Shown: positions 8,089 through 18,324, numbered from the stretch's first letter. The stretch is DNA of 64,000 nucleotides from Planctomycetota bacterium (GCA_044222185.1 JBGANV010000006.1:1-64000); one strand, 5' to 3'. Notes: generated by a model from the sequence alone, not told the origin. Numbers and translations are program-made.

Positions 8089-10563
8089 TCACGTTCGAAC
8101 CGGCGTTCCGGGCCCGGGAATGGGGACGCGGGCGTAACCCAGCGTATTCCGCCGGCAGGTCCCATGTCCGCGCGCGAGCCAATTGAAACGGGTTCCGGAT
8201 CGGGAACCCGACCCACGACGGCGGCTCGGTCGGGTCGCGGTAGGCGAACGACAGGTGATTCGCCGTCGCGAGGTCGGCGGGGCGTCTGGTGAGCAGGGGT
8301 GGGGGCTGAACCTCGGTCGTCGCGCGCGGAGCGCCAGGTCCACCGCCGCCTCGGCGGGGACTGGCCGGATCGCCGCGCGTCTCGCGCGGGCCAACTGACG
8401 TGGATTGGGGTTCGTTGCGAGATCACTTCTGTCCGCATGATCGTCGATTGGCTCGGTGCACGTCCACGCACTCCGGACCGGACGCCTCGGCTGCGCCTCG
8501 GTCGTCCGGCGATCCTGCCGCTCGTCCTCGCCCCGCTTCGCGGCGCTGCGGTTCGAGCGGCGCTCCGTGCGGCCCCGCGCGGCGATCGCGCTCGGCTCGC
8601 CCACTTCGATTCCGCGACACAGGTCCGGAATGGCGTCGACCGCGAGAATCCCCAGGTTCGCCACGACGCGCGCCGCCCGGGAACGAACCTTCGGCGATGG
8701 CGCCGTGAGCATGCGCCGGACTGCCGGCAGGGCTACGGCCGCCTCGGCGCCCCAGCGGTGCAGCCACGCGAGGATGATGGCTGCGTCGGCCTCGGTGGGC
8801 GACGCGGCGAGGCAGCGCGCGAGTTCCGAGGGCGTCGGTGCCCACGTCATCGGGAGATCCTCGATCATGTCATCCAGGGTCCGTCGCCAATCGCGGTCGA
8901 AGAGCTGACCGCGAGATTCGAGTACCTCGAGGAGCGACCGCGGGTCAGCGCCGGCCTTTGCGACGGCGATGAGGATCGCGCAGAAGCGACCATCGCCGTC
9001 CAGTCGAATCCGGCGGGCAGCCCGGAGAAGGGCGTCGACGGCCGGTCGCAGGCCGGCACGCGCCGCGAGGATGGCGTCCACGACTTCGGGTGCATCGTCG
9101 CCGCTGTCCGCATCGAGTGCTTCGGCAAGTCGCGCGACGACGCCTTCGGGCACGGGGTTCAGCGTGGCCAGCTTGCACAGGGCCCGCAGGCGCTCTTTTG
9201 GAGTCGGGCCCCAGTTGGCGTGTGCCTCCAGCATGGGTCTCACGATGGCTCCACTCGGATCCACGTGTGTCACGACTGTCAGGAGATTGAGCCTCAGTTG
9301 GGGATCGGCGCGGTCGTCGAGCAACGCGATGAGCCTCGGAAGGGCCACGCGGGCGGCTTCCCCCTGTCGGTAGAGCACCGTAAGCCAGTCGTTCAGCGTG
9401 CGGAATTCGTCGCACCAGGTCTCGTCCGGCTTCAGCCGCGTGCGCGCCAGCGCTGCGGTATCGGCCACCTCCGGCAGGAATTCCGCGATCGCCTCCGCGA
9501 GGCCCGGGGCCCGAATCAACTCGTCGCTCACCTCGGAGCCGAGGGCGATGCGGATCTGGCGTTGCACGTCGGAGGCAGCGGACCGATACCACCGGATGAT
9601 CGCCGGGCCGGAGACGCGTCCCGTGGGGTCGGCGCGCAGCAACACCGTCACGACCGCTTCTCGCCCGAATGCGTCCGTCGCAGTGGGCGCGATCGCTTCG
9701 ATTGCGGCGACGATCGACGACGGGTTCGCGCCCACGGCGGCCAAGGCCATGACGAGCACGTTCGCGGTGTTGGCGCGCTCGAAGGTGAAGCGCCCTCTCG
9801 CCAACGCCCGAAGCAACGCCGGAGCGCAGGCGCTCCCCTTGGGACCCAATGCCGCGGCCAGTCGAGCGGCGACCTTCGATTTCGAGTCATCGGCATCGTC
9901 GATCAATGGGATGAGACGAGGGACGAGAGCCGCGCCGCTGGCGTCGATCGCGGCGATGGCTTCGAGGGCGGCCGTGCGTGTCGCGAAGTCTGGCCAGGTC
10001 GTTCGACGAGTGATCGCCAAGAGCGCGGGCCTGGCAGTCGGTCCCAGCCAGTGCAGGATCCGTACGGCATCGGCAGCTTCGGGCTCATCGTTGGTCCGGT
10101 CGAGGGCTGCGGCGAGGGCTGCGACGAAGAGCGACGCGTTGTCGCCGACCGCGGCGCCGACGGCCGCACGGCTTGCGGCGGATGCGGCGTTCGCGTCGAG
10201 CACCGTCACCGCCGCATCGTCGGCCACGGCATCGACCACGTGGCGGATTCCGTGGATCGCGGCCCGACGCACCGTGGGCACGGGATCGGACGCCAGCCGC
10301 AGAAGGTCTGGCAGTCCCGGAACGGCGTGCGCGTCGAACGTCGCGATGTCGATCGCCACGCGCTCGCGCTCCGCGGCATCGGCGGCGGAAGACGCACGCC
10401 CAAGCGTTCTCAGCCGCTCAGCCGGTGATGGCGGAGGTCGCGTGTCGATCTGAGCGGGGACGAGTGATGCCGCCAGGCCCACGAGGCCGATGGCCATGAG
10501 CATCGATCGACGCGTCGAGCGGGCAACGATCGCGAACGCATCACGCGAATCCGAGTTGCGCAT
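8089..10563 (-). CDS. HEAT-repeat (PBS-lyase-like) protein; C-terminal about 170 aa of the ORF is translated family-B repeat (no in-frame stop until 8089)
   Basis: N-terminal signal/TM MLMAIGLVGLAASLVPAQ. Repeated …PDLLRLASDPVPTVRRAAIHGI… HEAT-like units. The real protein probably ends near 8600-8700. The tail RTERRSNRSAAKRGEDERQDRRTTEAQPRRPV is the same repeat-derived peptide seen in the antisense ORF 10796..12541. Confidence 0.6.
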   Translation of the reverse strand: MRNSDSRDAFAIVARSTRRSMLMAIGLVGLAASLVPAQIDTRPPPSPAERLRTLGRASSAADAAERERVAIDIATFDAHAVPGLPDLLRLASDPVPTVRRAAIHGIRHVVDAVADDAAVTVLDANAASAASRAAVGAAVGDNASLFVAALAAALDRTNDEPEAADAVRILHWLGPTARPALLAITRRTTWPDFATRTAALEAIAAIDASGAALVPRLIPLIDDADDSKSKVAARLAAALGPKGSACAPALLRALARGRFTFERANTANVLVMALAAVGANPSSIVAAIEAIAPTATDAFGREAVVTVLLRADPTGRVSGPAIIRWYRSAASDVQRQIRIALGSEVSDELIRAPGLAEAIAEFLPEVADTAALARTRLKPDETWCDEFRTLNDWLTVLYRQGEAARVALPRLIALLDDRADPQLRLNLLTVVTHVDPSGAIVRPMLEAHANWGPTPKERLRALCKLATLNPVPEGVVARLAEALDADSGDDAPEVVDAILAARAGLRPAVDALLRAARRIRLDGDGRFCAILIAVAKAGADPRSLLEVLESRGQLFDRDWRRTLDDMIEDLPMTWAPTPSELARCLAASPTEADAAIILAWLHRWGAEAAVALPAVRRMLTAPSPKVRSRAARVVANLGILAVDAIPDLCRGIEVGEPSAIAARGRTERRSNRSAAKRGEDERQDRRTTEAQPRRPVRSAWTCTEPIDDHADRSDLATNPNPRQLARARRAAIRPVPAEAAVDLALRARRPRFSPHPCSPDAPPTSRRRITCRSPTATRPSRRRGSGSRSGTRFNWLARGHGTCRRNTLGYARVPIPGPGTPVRT
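8325..8577. repeat. family-B repeat element, copy 1 (about 250 bp)
   Basis: GGAGCGCCAGGTCCACCGCCGCCTCGGCGGGGACTGGCCGGATCGCCGCGCGTC…ATGATCGTCGATTGGCTCGGTGCACGTCCACGC…GCGGTTCGAGCGGCGCTCCGTGCGGC is nearly identical to the copies at 10697-10942 and 10995-11236. Confidence 0.75.
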
Positions 10564-10696
10564 CGGAACTCAGGACTCGGCTCGCAGTCACCCTATTCCC
10601 GACGCAGCGAGATCTGCGTTCGTGGGCGACCCTACTGGAATGGGTTTCGGATCGTGAACTCGACCCACGACGGCGGCTCGGTGGGGTCGCGGTCTC

Positions 10697-11236
10697 GGAG
10701 CGCCATGTCCACCGCCGTCACGGCGGGGACTGGCCAGATCGCCGCGCGTCCCGCGCGGGCCAACCGGCGAGGAGTGGGGTTCAGTGCGAGATCACCTACG
10801 TCCGCATGATCGTCGATTGGCACGGTGCACGTCCACGCCCTCCGGACCGGACGCCTCGGCTGCGCCTCGGTCGTCCGGCGATCCTGCCGCTCGTCCTCGC
10901 CCCGCTTCGCGGCGCTGCGGTTCGAGCGGCGCTCCGTGCGGCGTCGCGATTGCGAGATCGAAAGGCGAGTGCCATCTCGACCGGGTCGCGGCTTCGGAGC
11001 GCCACGTCCACCGCCGTCTCGGCGGGGACTGGCCGGATCGCCGCGCGTCCCGCGCGGGCCAACCGGCGAGGAGTGGGGTTCAGTGCGAGATCACCTACGT
11101 CCGCATGATCGTCGATTGGCTCGGTGCACGTCCACGCCCTCCGGACCGGACGCCTCGGCTGCGCCTCGGTCGTCCGGCGATCCTGCCGCTCGTCCTCGCC
11201 CCGCTTCGCGGCGCTGCGGTTCGAGCGGCGCTCCGG
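10697..11236. repeat. family-B repeat element, two tandem copies (10697-10942 and 10995-11236)
   Basis: Direct repeats in the same orientation as copy 1 at 8325-8577. They account for the spurious 5' extension (10784-11467) of the FG-GAP ORF. Confidence 0.8.
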
Positions 11237-11467
11237 TCGGCCTGCGTCTCCTGCTGCGCCGCCAAAGATTCGCCCAGGAGCGCGATCAGCAGGACGGCGC
11301 GTGTCGTGGAGATCGTCATGTCGACCGCCACGATATCCGATGCGCGTGACGACGGGTGCGAACGATATGATGCCGCCTCGCGTCGCGGGCGGCCGGCGGA
11401 GCTGATCGCGGCGGGCGAACGGTCGACGGAGATTCCGGTGATGGAGCGAACGGCTTCGGTGACCCGC

Positions 11468-14419
11468 ATGCGGATCCTCTGCATTCGAGGACTCTTGGCG
11501 GCGATGATTTCGCCCGCGCTGGTTCAGGCTCAGGCGGGATACACCCTCGCCTCCGTGAGCAACCCGTCGGTCCTCAATCTGGATTTTGGGACGAGCGTGG
11601 CGTTCGTCGGAGACGTCGAAGGCGACGGCGTCGAGGACTACGCGGTCGGCGATCGTTACGCGCGCGCCGGCGGATCGGCGAGCGCGGGCGCGATCCACAT
11701 CATCAGCGGTGCGACGGGAGTGACGATCCGCGTGCACGCGGGCGTCGCGGGCGAAGGGCTCGGGGCCTCGGTCGCGGGGCTGGGCGACATCGACCACGAT
11801 GGCGTGCCCGACTACATCGGCGGGGCCCCGGCCGCGAGCCCGGGTGGCCGCGCCTACGCGTGGTCCGGTGCGACGGGCGCGCTGATCCACACGTTCAGCG
11901 GGACTGCGACGGTGGCGTGCATCGTCCCGTTTCCGTGCGCGCCGATCTCGGAGCAGTTGGGCGCGTCCGTCGCCGGGCCGGGAGATCTGAACGGAGACGG
12001 AACGCCGGACATCCTGATCGGAAGCCCGACACTCACGTTGTCGAATGCCGCCATCATGACGGGCGGAGCCCGCGTTTTTTCCGGTGCGAGCGGGGCAGCG
12101 CTTTTCGGCATCAACGGCGGCATCTCGTGGGCCGTGCTTGGCACCTCCGTCGCCGGCGGCGGCGATCTGAATCATGACGGGATCCCGGACATCGTCGTCG
12201 GGATGCCGCGGATTTCGCCGCTGCCGTACGGCAACACGCCGGGGGGCACCGGCTCGATCCACGCCATCGCCGGTGGAACGGGCGCGACGCTCTGGGTCGC
12301 GAGCGGCTCGCAGAGTGACGATCGCTTCGGCACGTCGATCGCGATCGTCGGCGACGTGAACGGGGACGGATCCGACGACGTGGCCGTGGGCGCACCAGGG
12401 TCGAGCCTCGGCGGAGTTCCGACCGTGCGCGTGGTTTCCGGGCAGAACGGGGCGACGCTCTTCAATACGCCAACCCCCGTCGGTGGCGATCGATTCGGCG
12501 CGGCGGTGGCGGCAGCCGGCGATGTCGATGGCGATGGCCATCTCGACGTCCTCGTGGGCGCGCCGCAGGCATTCAGCGGGACCGCGCTGTTCGCCGGCAA
12601 GGTCTACATCCTCAGCGGACTCTCGGGGGCGGTGCTGCGGACATACTCGAGTGCGACGGCTTACGACGCACTCGGGACTTCAGTGGCCGGTTGCCGCTCC
12701 ATCGACGGCGATGGAATCCCCGACGCGTTGATCGCGGCACCGCAAACCGTCGGCGCAGGCGGGCCCGGTCACGTGGAGGTCCGCTCCGGTGCGACGGGCC
12801 TTCCGATCCGCACGCACACGGGCGACCTGGGAATGCTGCGCTCGATCATCACTTCGACGATCGTCGTCGGCGATGTCGACGCAGACGGTCGGCCGGACAT
12901 CGCCGTCGCCATGCAGGACGGAGCGATCGCCGTCATCTCGGGCGCGACCGGGACGGCGATCCGCCGAATCGAGGGCCCACCACTCGCGCCTGGCACCACG
13001 TTCGAACTCGCGCCGCTCGGCGACGTGGATGGTGATGGCGCCGGCGACTTCGCGTCGCTCGCGGTCCTCTCGCTCGGCGGGACCGCGCAGTTGAACGTCG
13101 ATTCCGGCGCCACAGGGATGCCGCTCGCAAGCGTCTCGATCCCACGCTGCGGACTCGATCGAATCTCGCTCGCCGCCATCGCGGACGTGAACGGCGATTC
13201 GCGGAAGGATCTCGTGCTCGGCTTTCCGGCATCACCATCCGTGACGTGCGCGTCGTCAGGGGAGGTGCAGATCCGCTCCGGCGCGACCGGAGCGCTCTTG
13301 CGCTCGATCGCGACGAACCACTCGACCTACGATGGATTCGGGTTCGCGGTGAGCGGCGCCGGCGACCTGGATGGTGATGGAATCACGGACGTGCTCGTCG
13401 GCGCTCCGGCCACGCCGTTCCTCGGCGCGTTTGCAGCGGGCGCCGTCTACGGGTTCTCGACAGCGACGGGCCTGCAGTCGTTCGTCGTGTCAGGCACGTT
13501 GCAGAATCAGACGTTCGGCATCCGCGTGGCGTCGATTGGTGACCTCAACGGTGACGGCATCGCCGAGTTCGCCGCGACGAATCAGTTGAACGTGGCGGGC
13601 ACGTCGCCGGGTTCGGTGGAGGTGTGGTCGCCGCCCGCGGGACTGCTGTTGGCGACGATCGTGAACGCCGTGCCCTCGGAATCCATCGGCCGCGCGATCG
13701 CGGCGGTCGGCGACGCGGACGGAGACGGCGTGCCCGATCTCGCGGTGAGTGCGGGGACTGCGTCCTCCGGCGGAACGACGGCGGCGCGCGTCATCGTCGT
13801 TTCCGGCGCGACGTTCGCGCCCCGTTTCATGGTGCCCGATGTGACGCCCGGAGATCTCTTCGGGTGGACGCTCGCGCCGGCGGGTGACTGGAACGGCGAC
13901 GGCCTTTCCGACGTGATCGGGGGCGTGAGCGCGCTGCCGGGGCAGAGCGCCGTGCGCGTCGTCTCGTTCGCGGGGGTACCAGCCGGGTCGATGGCGGTCG
14001 GCAGCGGCTGCCCGCAGTCGAACGGCGACGTGCCGGTTCTCTCTGCCTTCGGCGGGCAGCCGACTGCGATCACCGGCAACCCGGCGTTCGGATTCGTGGT
14101 GTCGAACGCTCCGCCCGGCGTTCCGGGCGTGCTCGTCGTCGGCGGTTCAATGGCGTCCTGGGGCGGAACGAGCCTCCCACTTTCGCTTTCGAGCGCTGGG
14201 CTTCCCGGTTGCTCTCTCTTCGTGTCTCCGGACGTGCTGATTCCGTTCACGACGTCCACGGGCGTCGCAAGCCACGGATCGAAGTGGCTGTCGCTGCCCG
14301 TGCCGGTCGCACCCTCGCTCGTCGGCGCGCGACTGGCGTTCCAGGCGTACGCCGCCGCATCGACGGCGTCAGCGTTGCCCGGCGCCGTGACCCGCGCCGT
14401 GTCGATCGCGCTGCTCTAA
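11468..14419 (+). CDS. secreted FG-GAP (integrin-alpha-like) repeat protein, about 983 aa
   Basis: Signal peptide MRILCIRGLLAAMISPALVQAQA. More than 12 repeats of …GxSVAxxGDVNGDGxxDxxVGAP… (FG-GAP/VCBS-like). Stop TAA at 14417-14419 is followed immediately by a family-A repeat. Confidence 0.8.
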   Translation: MRILCIRGLLAAMISPALVQAQAGYTLASVSNPSVLNLDFGTSVAFVGDVEGDGVEDYAVGDRYARAGGSASAGAIHIISGATGVTIRVHAGVAGEGLGASVAGLGDIDHDGVPDYIGGAPAASPGGRAYAWSGATGALIHTFSGTATVACIVPFPCAPISEQLGASVAGPGDLNGDGTPDILIGSPTLTLSNAAIMTGGARVFSGASGAALFGINGGISWAVLGTSVAGGGDLNHDGIPDIVVGMPRISPLPYGNTPGGTGSIHAIAGGTGATLWVASGSQSDDRFGTSIAIVGDVNGDGSDDVAVGAPGSSLGGVPTVRVVSGQNGATLFNTPTPVGGDRFGAAVAAAGDVDGDGHLDVLVGAPQAFSGTALFAGKVYILSGLSGAVLRTYSSATAYDALGTSVAGCRSIDGDGIPDALIAAPQTVGAGGPGHVEVRSGATGLPIRTHTGDLGMLRSIITSTIVVGDVDADGRPDIAVAMQDGAIAVISGATGTAIRRIEGPPLAPGTTFELAPLGDVDGDGAGDFASLAVLSLGGTAQLNVDSGATGMPLASVSIPRCGLDRISLAAIADVNGDSRKDLVLGFPASPSVTCASSGEVQIRSGATGALLRSIATNHSTYDGFGFAVSGAGDLDGDGITDVLVGAPATPFLGAFAAGAVYGFSTATGLQSFVVSGTLQNQTFGIRVASIGDLNGDGIAEFAATNQLNVAGTSPGSVEVWSPPAGLLLATIVNAVPSESIGRAIAAVGDADGDGVPDLAVSAGTASSGGTTAARVIVVSGATFAPRFMVPDVTPGDLFGWTLAPAGDWNGDGLSDVIGGVSALPGQSAVRVVSFAGVPAGSMAVGSGCPQSNGDVPVLSAFGGQPTAITGNPAFGFVVSNAPPGVPGVLVVGGSMASWGGTSLPLSLSSAGLPGCSLFVSPDVLIPFTTSTGVASHGSKWLSLPVPVAPSLVGARLAFQAYAAASTASALPGAVTRAVSIALL

Positions 14420-14422
14420 TAC

Positions 14423-14840
14423 GAGGAGCGCCAGGCTCCGCCTGGCCGGACGGGCGGGGCTCCGCCCCGCCCCGAGCGTGGAGAGGTCCTCCGCACCTGA
14501 CGGCTTCATCCGACGACGATCGCCTCCGCCGCATCGGACGCGACACGTCGCCGCGCGTCGATCGCGTCACCGCCGATTCCGGCGCCCCGTGCCCCGCGAA
14601 GCCAACGGGGATTCGTCGACGGCGTATTCGAGGAGCGCCAGGCTCCGCCTGGCCGGACGGGCGGGGCTCCGCCCCGCCCCGAGCGTGGAGAGGTCCTCCG
14701 CACCTGACGGCTCCATCCGACGGCGATCGCCTCCGCCGCATCGGACGCGACACGTCGCCGCGCGTCGATCGCGCTCATCGCCGATTCCGGCAGGGCGGAG
14801 CCCTGCCATCCGGCCGGGTGGAACCCGGCGCTCCGGGCTG
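14423..14840. repeat. family-A palindromic element, two tandem copies (207-bp unit)
   Basis: GAGGAGCGCCAGGCTCCGCCTGGCCGGACGGGCGGGGCTCCGCCCCGCCCCGAGCGTGGAGAGGTCCTCCGCACCTGACGGCT… occurs twice, starting at 14423 and 14630. Confidence 0.8.
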
Positions 14841-14860
14841 CCGGTTACGATCCGCCCCGC

Positions 14861-17053
14861 ATGCGACGGAAGATCCAATCGAAGAAGGCGCGGCGGCAGG
14901 CACCCAAGCCGCGGAGCCGACCCGTGAAGCGTCAGCCCGCGGTCGGGCGCGCGGTCGATCGCAAGGACGGCGTCGACAAGGTGCTGGGGGCGGCGAAGTA
15001 CGTCGACGACCTCACGTTCCCGGGGATGCTCCACGGCCGCACGATCCGATCGACCGTGCCGAAGGGGTTCCTCCGCGCGGTGCGCTTCGCCTTCGACACC
15101 GACGGGTTCACGATCGTCACGCACCGGGACATTCCCGGTCGCAACGTCGTCGCGGTGATCGACGACGACCAGCCTTCGCTCGTCGCCGGGCCCATCGAGC
15201 ATGTTGCCGAGCCGATCCTCCTGCTCGCGCACGAGGATCGCGAGACGCTCCACGGCGCGGAGGTCCTCGTCGACGAGGCGCGCACCGATCCGAACTTCGA
15301 TCCCGAGGAGGCTTCACGCGTCTTCAAGGAGATCCGCATCGAGAAGGGCGACGTGCGCCGCGGCTTCGCCCAGGGCGATTTCATCGTCGAGGGCGAGTAC
15401 CGCACGGGGCATCAGGAGCAGCTCTACATCGAGACGAATGGGGTGATCGCCGTGCCCGAACCGGACGGCGGCGTCACCGTGTACGGTTCGCTCCAATGCC
15501 CGTACTACGTTCACCGCGCGCTCACCGTGCTCCTCGGTCTGCCCGAGTCCAAGGTGCGCGTCGTCCAGGTGGAGACGGGCGGCGGGTTCGGCGGCAAGGA
15601 GGAGTTCCCCTCGGTCATCGCCGGCCACGCGGCGCTGCTCGCGCTGAAAGCGACGCGCCCCGTGAAGATGATCTACGACCGTGCTGAGGACATGCTCGCG
15701 ACGACCAAGCGACATCCGTCGATCGTCCGCCACCGCACGGCGGTCGCTCGGGACGGGCGCATCACCGCCATGGACATCGACGTGCTTCTCGACGGCGGCG
15801 CGTATTGCACGCTCTCGCCCGTCGTCCTGTCGCGCGGCGTCATCCACGCGACGGGTCCCTATCGCTGCGACAACGTCCGACTGCACGGTCGCGCCGTGAA
15901 GACGAACACGCCGCCGAACGGCGCGTTCCGCGGCTTCGGCGCGCCGCAGACCCAGTTCGCCATGGAGGCGCACGTCGATCGGCTCGCGGACGCCGTCGGC
16001 CTCGACCCCGTGGCGTTTCGCGAGAAGAACCTCCTGCGCCCCGGAGACGAGACGGCCACGGGGCAAGTGCTGGAGAAGGACGCGAGCGCCGCGCGCGTGC
16101 TCCGCGCCGCCGTGCGCGCGACCGACTTCCGCCGTCGCCGCAAGACGCTCCAAGGCACGCGACGAGGCCTGGGCCTCTCGCTGTTCTTCCACGGCTCGGG
16201 ATTCACCGGCGGCGGTGAGATCAAGCTCGCGTCGAAGGCGTCGCTCGAGCTCACGGAACGCGGCGCGCGCATTCTCGTCGCGAGCACGGAAATCGGCCAG
16301 GGCACGCGGACGATGCACGCGCAGATCGTGGCGGACGCGTTGGGCGTGCCCTACGACGCGATCGAAGTCTCCGTCGCCGACACGGCGCGCGTACCCGACA
16401 GCGGACCCACGGTCGCGTCGCGTACGTGCATGATCGTGGGCAAGATCCTCGAGAGCTGCGCCCGCACCATGCGCGCGCGCGTCGGATCGCTCACGCATCG
16501 CGAGTATCTGAACCAGCACGGCCCGCTCGTCATCACGAAGGCCTACGACCGTCCCGAGGAACTCCATTGGAACGAGGACACCTACTTCGGTGACGCCTAC
16601 GGCGCGTACGGGTGGGGCTGCAACGTGGTGGAGATCGAGCTCGATCCGGACACGGGCGTGGTGAAGCCGATCCGGCTGACGGCCACGGTCGATTGCGGCA
16701 AGGCGATCCACCCCGTGCTCGCGCGCGGGCAGGTGGAAGGCGGATCCGTGCAGGGTTTGGGATGGGCAATCACGGAACGTGTCGTCATGAGAGACGGACG
16801 AATGGCGAACGCACGGCTGACCGACTACTGCATCCCGACCACGCTCGATGCGCCTCCGATCGACGTGATCTTCGTCGACTCGCCGTACCGCCACGGACCG
16901 TCGGGAGCGAAGGGACTGGGGGAGATGCCCATCGACGGCCCCGCGCCCGCGGTCGTCAATGCGCTGCGACATCTCGGCGTCGACGTGCGCGAACTGCCGG
17001 CCACCCCCGAGCGCATCCTCGCCGTGGGCATGCTGCGGGAGCTCCACCGATGA
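14861..17053 (+). CDS. xanthine dehydrogenase family molybdopterin-binding large subunit (CoxL/XdhA-type)
   Basis: 730 aa with aldehyde oxidase/xanthine dehydrogenase a/b-hammerhead and Mo-binding domains (…GGGFGGKE…, …QVEGGSVQGLGWAITE…). It is followed by the 2Fe-2S and FAD subunits, each with an overlapping stop/start. Confidence 0.9.
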   Translation: MRRKIQSKKARRQAPKPRSRPVKRQPAVGRAVDRKDGVDKVLGAAKYVDDLTFPGMLHGRTIRSTVPKGFLRAVRFAFDTDGFTIVTHRDIPGRNVVAVIDDDQPSLVAGPIEHVAEPILLLAHEDRETLHGAEVLVDEARTDPNFDPEEASRVFKEIRIEKGDVRRGFAQGDFIVEGEYRTGHQEQLYIETNGVIAVPEPDGGVTVYGSLQCPYYVHRALTVLLGLPESKVRVVQVETGGGFGGKEEFPSVIAGHAALLALKATRPVKMIYDRAEDMLATTKRHPSIVRHRTAVARDGRITAMDIDVLLDGGAYCTLSPVVLSRGVIHATGPYRCDNVRLHGRAVKTNTPPNGAFRGFGAPQTQFAMEAHVDRLADAVGLDPVAFREKNLLRPGDETATGQVLEKDASAARVLRAAVRATDFRRRRKTLQGTRRGLGLSLFFHGSGFTGGGEIKLASKASLELTERGARILVASTEIGQGTRTMHAQIVADALGVPYDAIEVSVADTARVPDSGPTVASRTCMIVGKILESCARTMRARVGSLTHREYLNQHGPLVITKAYDRPEELHWNEDTYFGDAYGAYGWGCNVVEIELDPDTGVVKPIRLTATVDCGKAIHPVLARGQVEGGSVQGLGWAITERVVMRDGRMANARLTDYCIPTTLDAPPIDVIFVDSPYRHGPSGAKGLGEMPIDGPAPAVVNALRHLGVDVRELPATPERILAVGMLRELHR

Positions 17054-17478
17054 AGTTCAGCCTGAATGGCAAACGCGTGGACGTCGTCGCGCCGCCGATG
17101 AAGCGGCTCCTGGACGTGCTGCGCGAGGAGTGCGGCCTCACGGGAACGAAGGAAGGCTGCGGCGAGGGCGAGTGCGGCGCCTGCACGGTCCTCGTCGATG
17201 GGGAGATCGTGAACGCGTGCCTCGTCCCGTTCGCGCACGTCGCCGGCACGCGCGTGACGACGGTCGAAGGGCTGCCCGCCGACCATCCGCTCGTGCGGGC
17301 TTTCGTGTCCGAGGGCGGAGCGCAATGCGGCATCTGCACTCCCGGGATGATGGTCGCGGCCTCCGTGCTTCCGAAAGACGCGTCGCGCGAAGACGTGTGC
17401 CAGGGCCTCGCCGGCAACCTCTGCCGTTGCACGGGGTACACGGCGATCGTGCGCGCGGTCGAGAAGGGTCAGTCGTGA
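17050..17478 (+). CDS. (2Fe-2S)-binding small subunit (CoxS/XdhC-iron-sulfur type)
   Basis: MKFSLNGKRV… with CGEGECGACTV and CGICTPGMM…CRCTGY motifs. ATG at 17050 overlaps the upstream TGA (ATGA). Confidence 0.9.
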   Translation: MKFSLNGKRVDVVAPPMKRLLDVLREECGLTGTKEGCGEGECGACTVLVDGEIVNACLVPFAHVAGTRVTTVEGLPADHPLVRAFVSEGGAQCGICTPGMMVAASVLPKDASREDVCQGLAGNLCRCTGYTAIVRAVEKGQS

Positions 17479-18317
17479 GGCCGCTCCTCTCCGAGTGTCA
17501 GTTGCTTCAGCCGCGGTCGCTTCCCGAAGCGTTGCGGATGCTGCACGAGGCCTGGCCCGCGATCCCCGTGGCCGGGTGCACGGACCTCTACGTGGCGATG
17601 AACGCCGGCACGCTCGGCGGCGGGCGCTTCGTCGACATCTGGGGTCTCGACGAGCTGCGGCCGATCCGCGTCGTCGGTGACGTGCTCACGATCGGCGCGT
17701 TGGCCACGTGGTCGCAGATCGCGCGGTCGGCGTCCGTGCGCAAGCGCCTGCCGATCCTCGTGGAGGCGGCGCGCCAGATCGGTGGCGTCCAGATCCAGAA
17801 CCGCGGCACGATCGGCGGCAACGTCGCCAATGCGTCACCCGCGGGCGATGGCTTGCCCGTGCTCGCGGTCGCCGACGCGGTCGTCGTCGTCGCCAGCGAA
17901 GCGCACGAGCGGCGCATCCCGTTCGGTTCGTTCTACACCGGGTATCGCAAGACGGCGCTCCTGCCCGGTGAGCTCATCGTCGCCATCGAGATCCCGCCCG
18001 TGGCGGGCAGGCAGTGGTTCCGCAAGGTCGGGACGCGCGCGGCGCAGGCGATCTCCAAGGTCGTCGTCGCCGGCGTTCGCGGCGCGACGCCGCGCCTCGC
18101 CTTCGGCAGCGTGGCGCCGACCGTGATCCGCGTTCCTCGCACCGAGCAGCACCTCGCCGCCGGTGGATCGCTCGCCGACGCGAAGAAGATCCTCCAGTCG
18201 GAGATCACGCCGATCGACGACGTCCGCTCGACGGCCGCGTACCGCCGAGCGGTTTGCGCGAACCTGCTCGAGCGGTTTTGGATCGAGACGTCGGCGTCGG
18301 CGCCTGGCGCGAGGTAG
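17475..18317 (+). CDS. FAD-binding medium subunit (CoxM/XdhB-type)
   Basis: GTG at 17475 overlaps the upstream TGA. FAD-binding motifs AGCTDLYV and IGGNVANASPAGD. C-terminal domain …EITPIDDVRSTAAYRRAVCANLLERFW…. The gene's 3' end is duplicated at 22608-22770. Confidence 0.85.
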   Translation: MRPLLSECQLLQPRSLPEALRMLHEAWPAIPVAGCTDLYVAMNAGTLGGGRFVDIWGLDELRPIRVVGDVLTIGALATWSQIARSASVRKRLPILVEAARQIGGVQIQNRGTIGGNVANASPAGDGLPVLAVADAVVVVASEAHERRIPFGSFYTGYRKTALLPGELIVAIEIPPVAGRQWFRKVGTRAAQAISKVVVAGVRGATPRLAFGSVAPTVIRVPRTEQHLAAGGSLADAKKILQSEITPIDDVRSTAAYRRAVCANLLERFWIETSASAPGAR

Positions 18318-18324
18318 GCGCCGG

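Noticed and set aside
10784-11467. 5' extension of the FG-GAP ORF (start at 10784 in the track)
   Set aside because: This stretch is the in-frame translation of two family-B repeat copies. The true start is the signal-peptide Met at 11468 (or 11441).
14209-15687. 492-aa + ORF across the family-A repeats into the xdh gene
   Set aside because: This is a frame running through the repeats and out of frame with the real molybdoenzyme start at 14861. Composition is Arg/Gly-rich.
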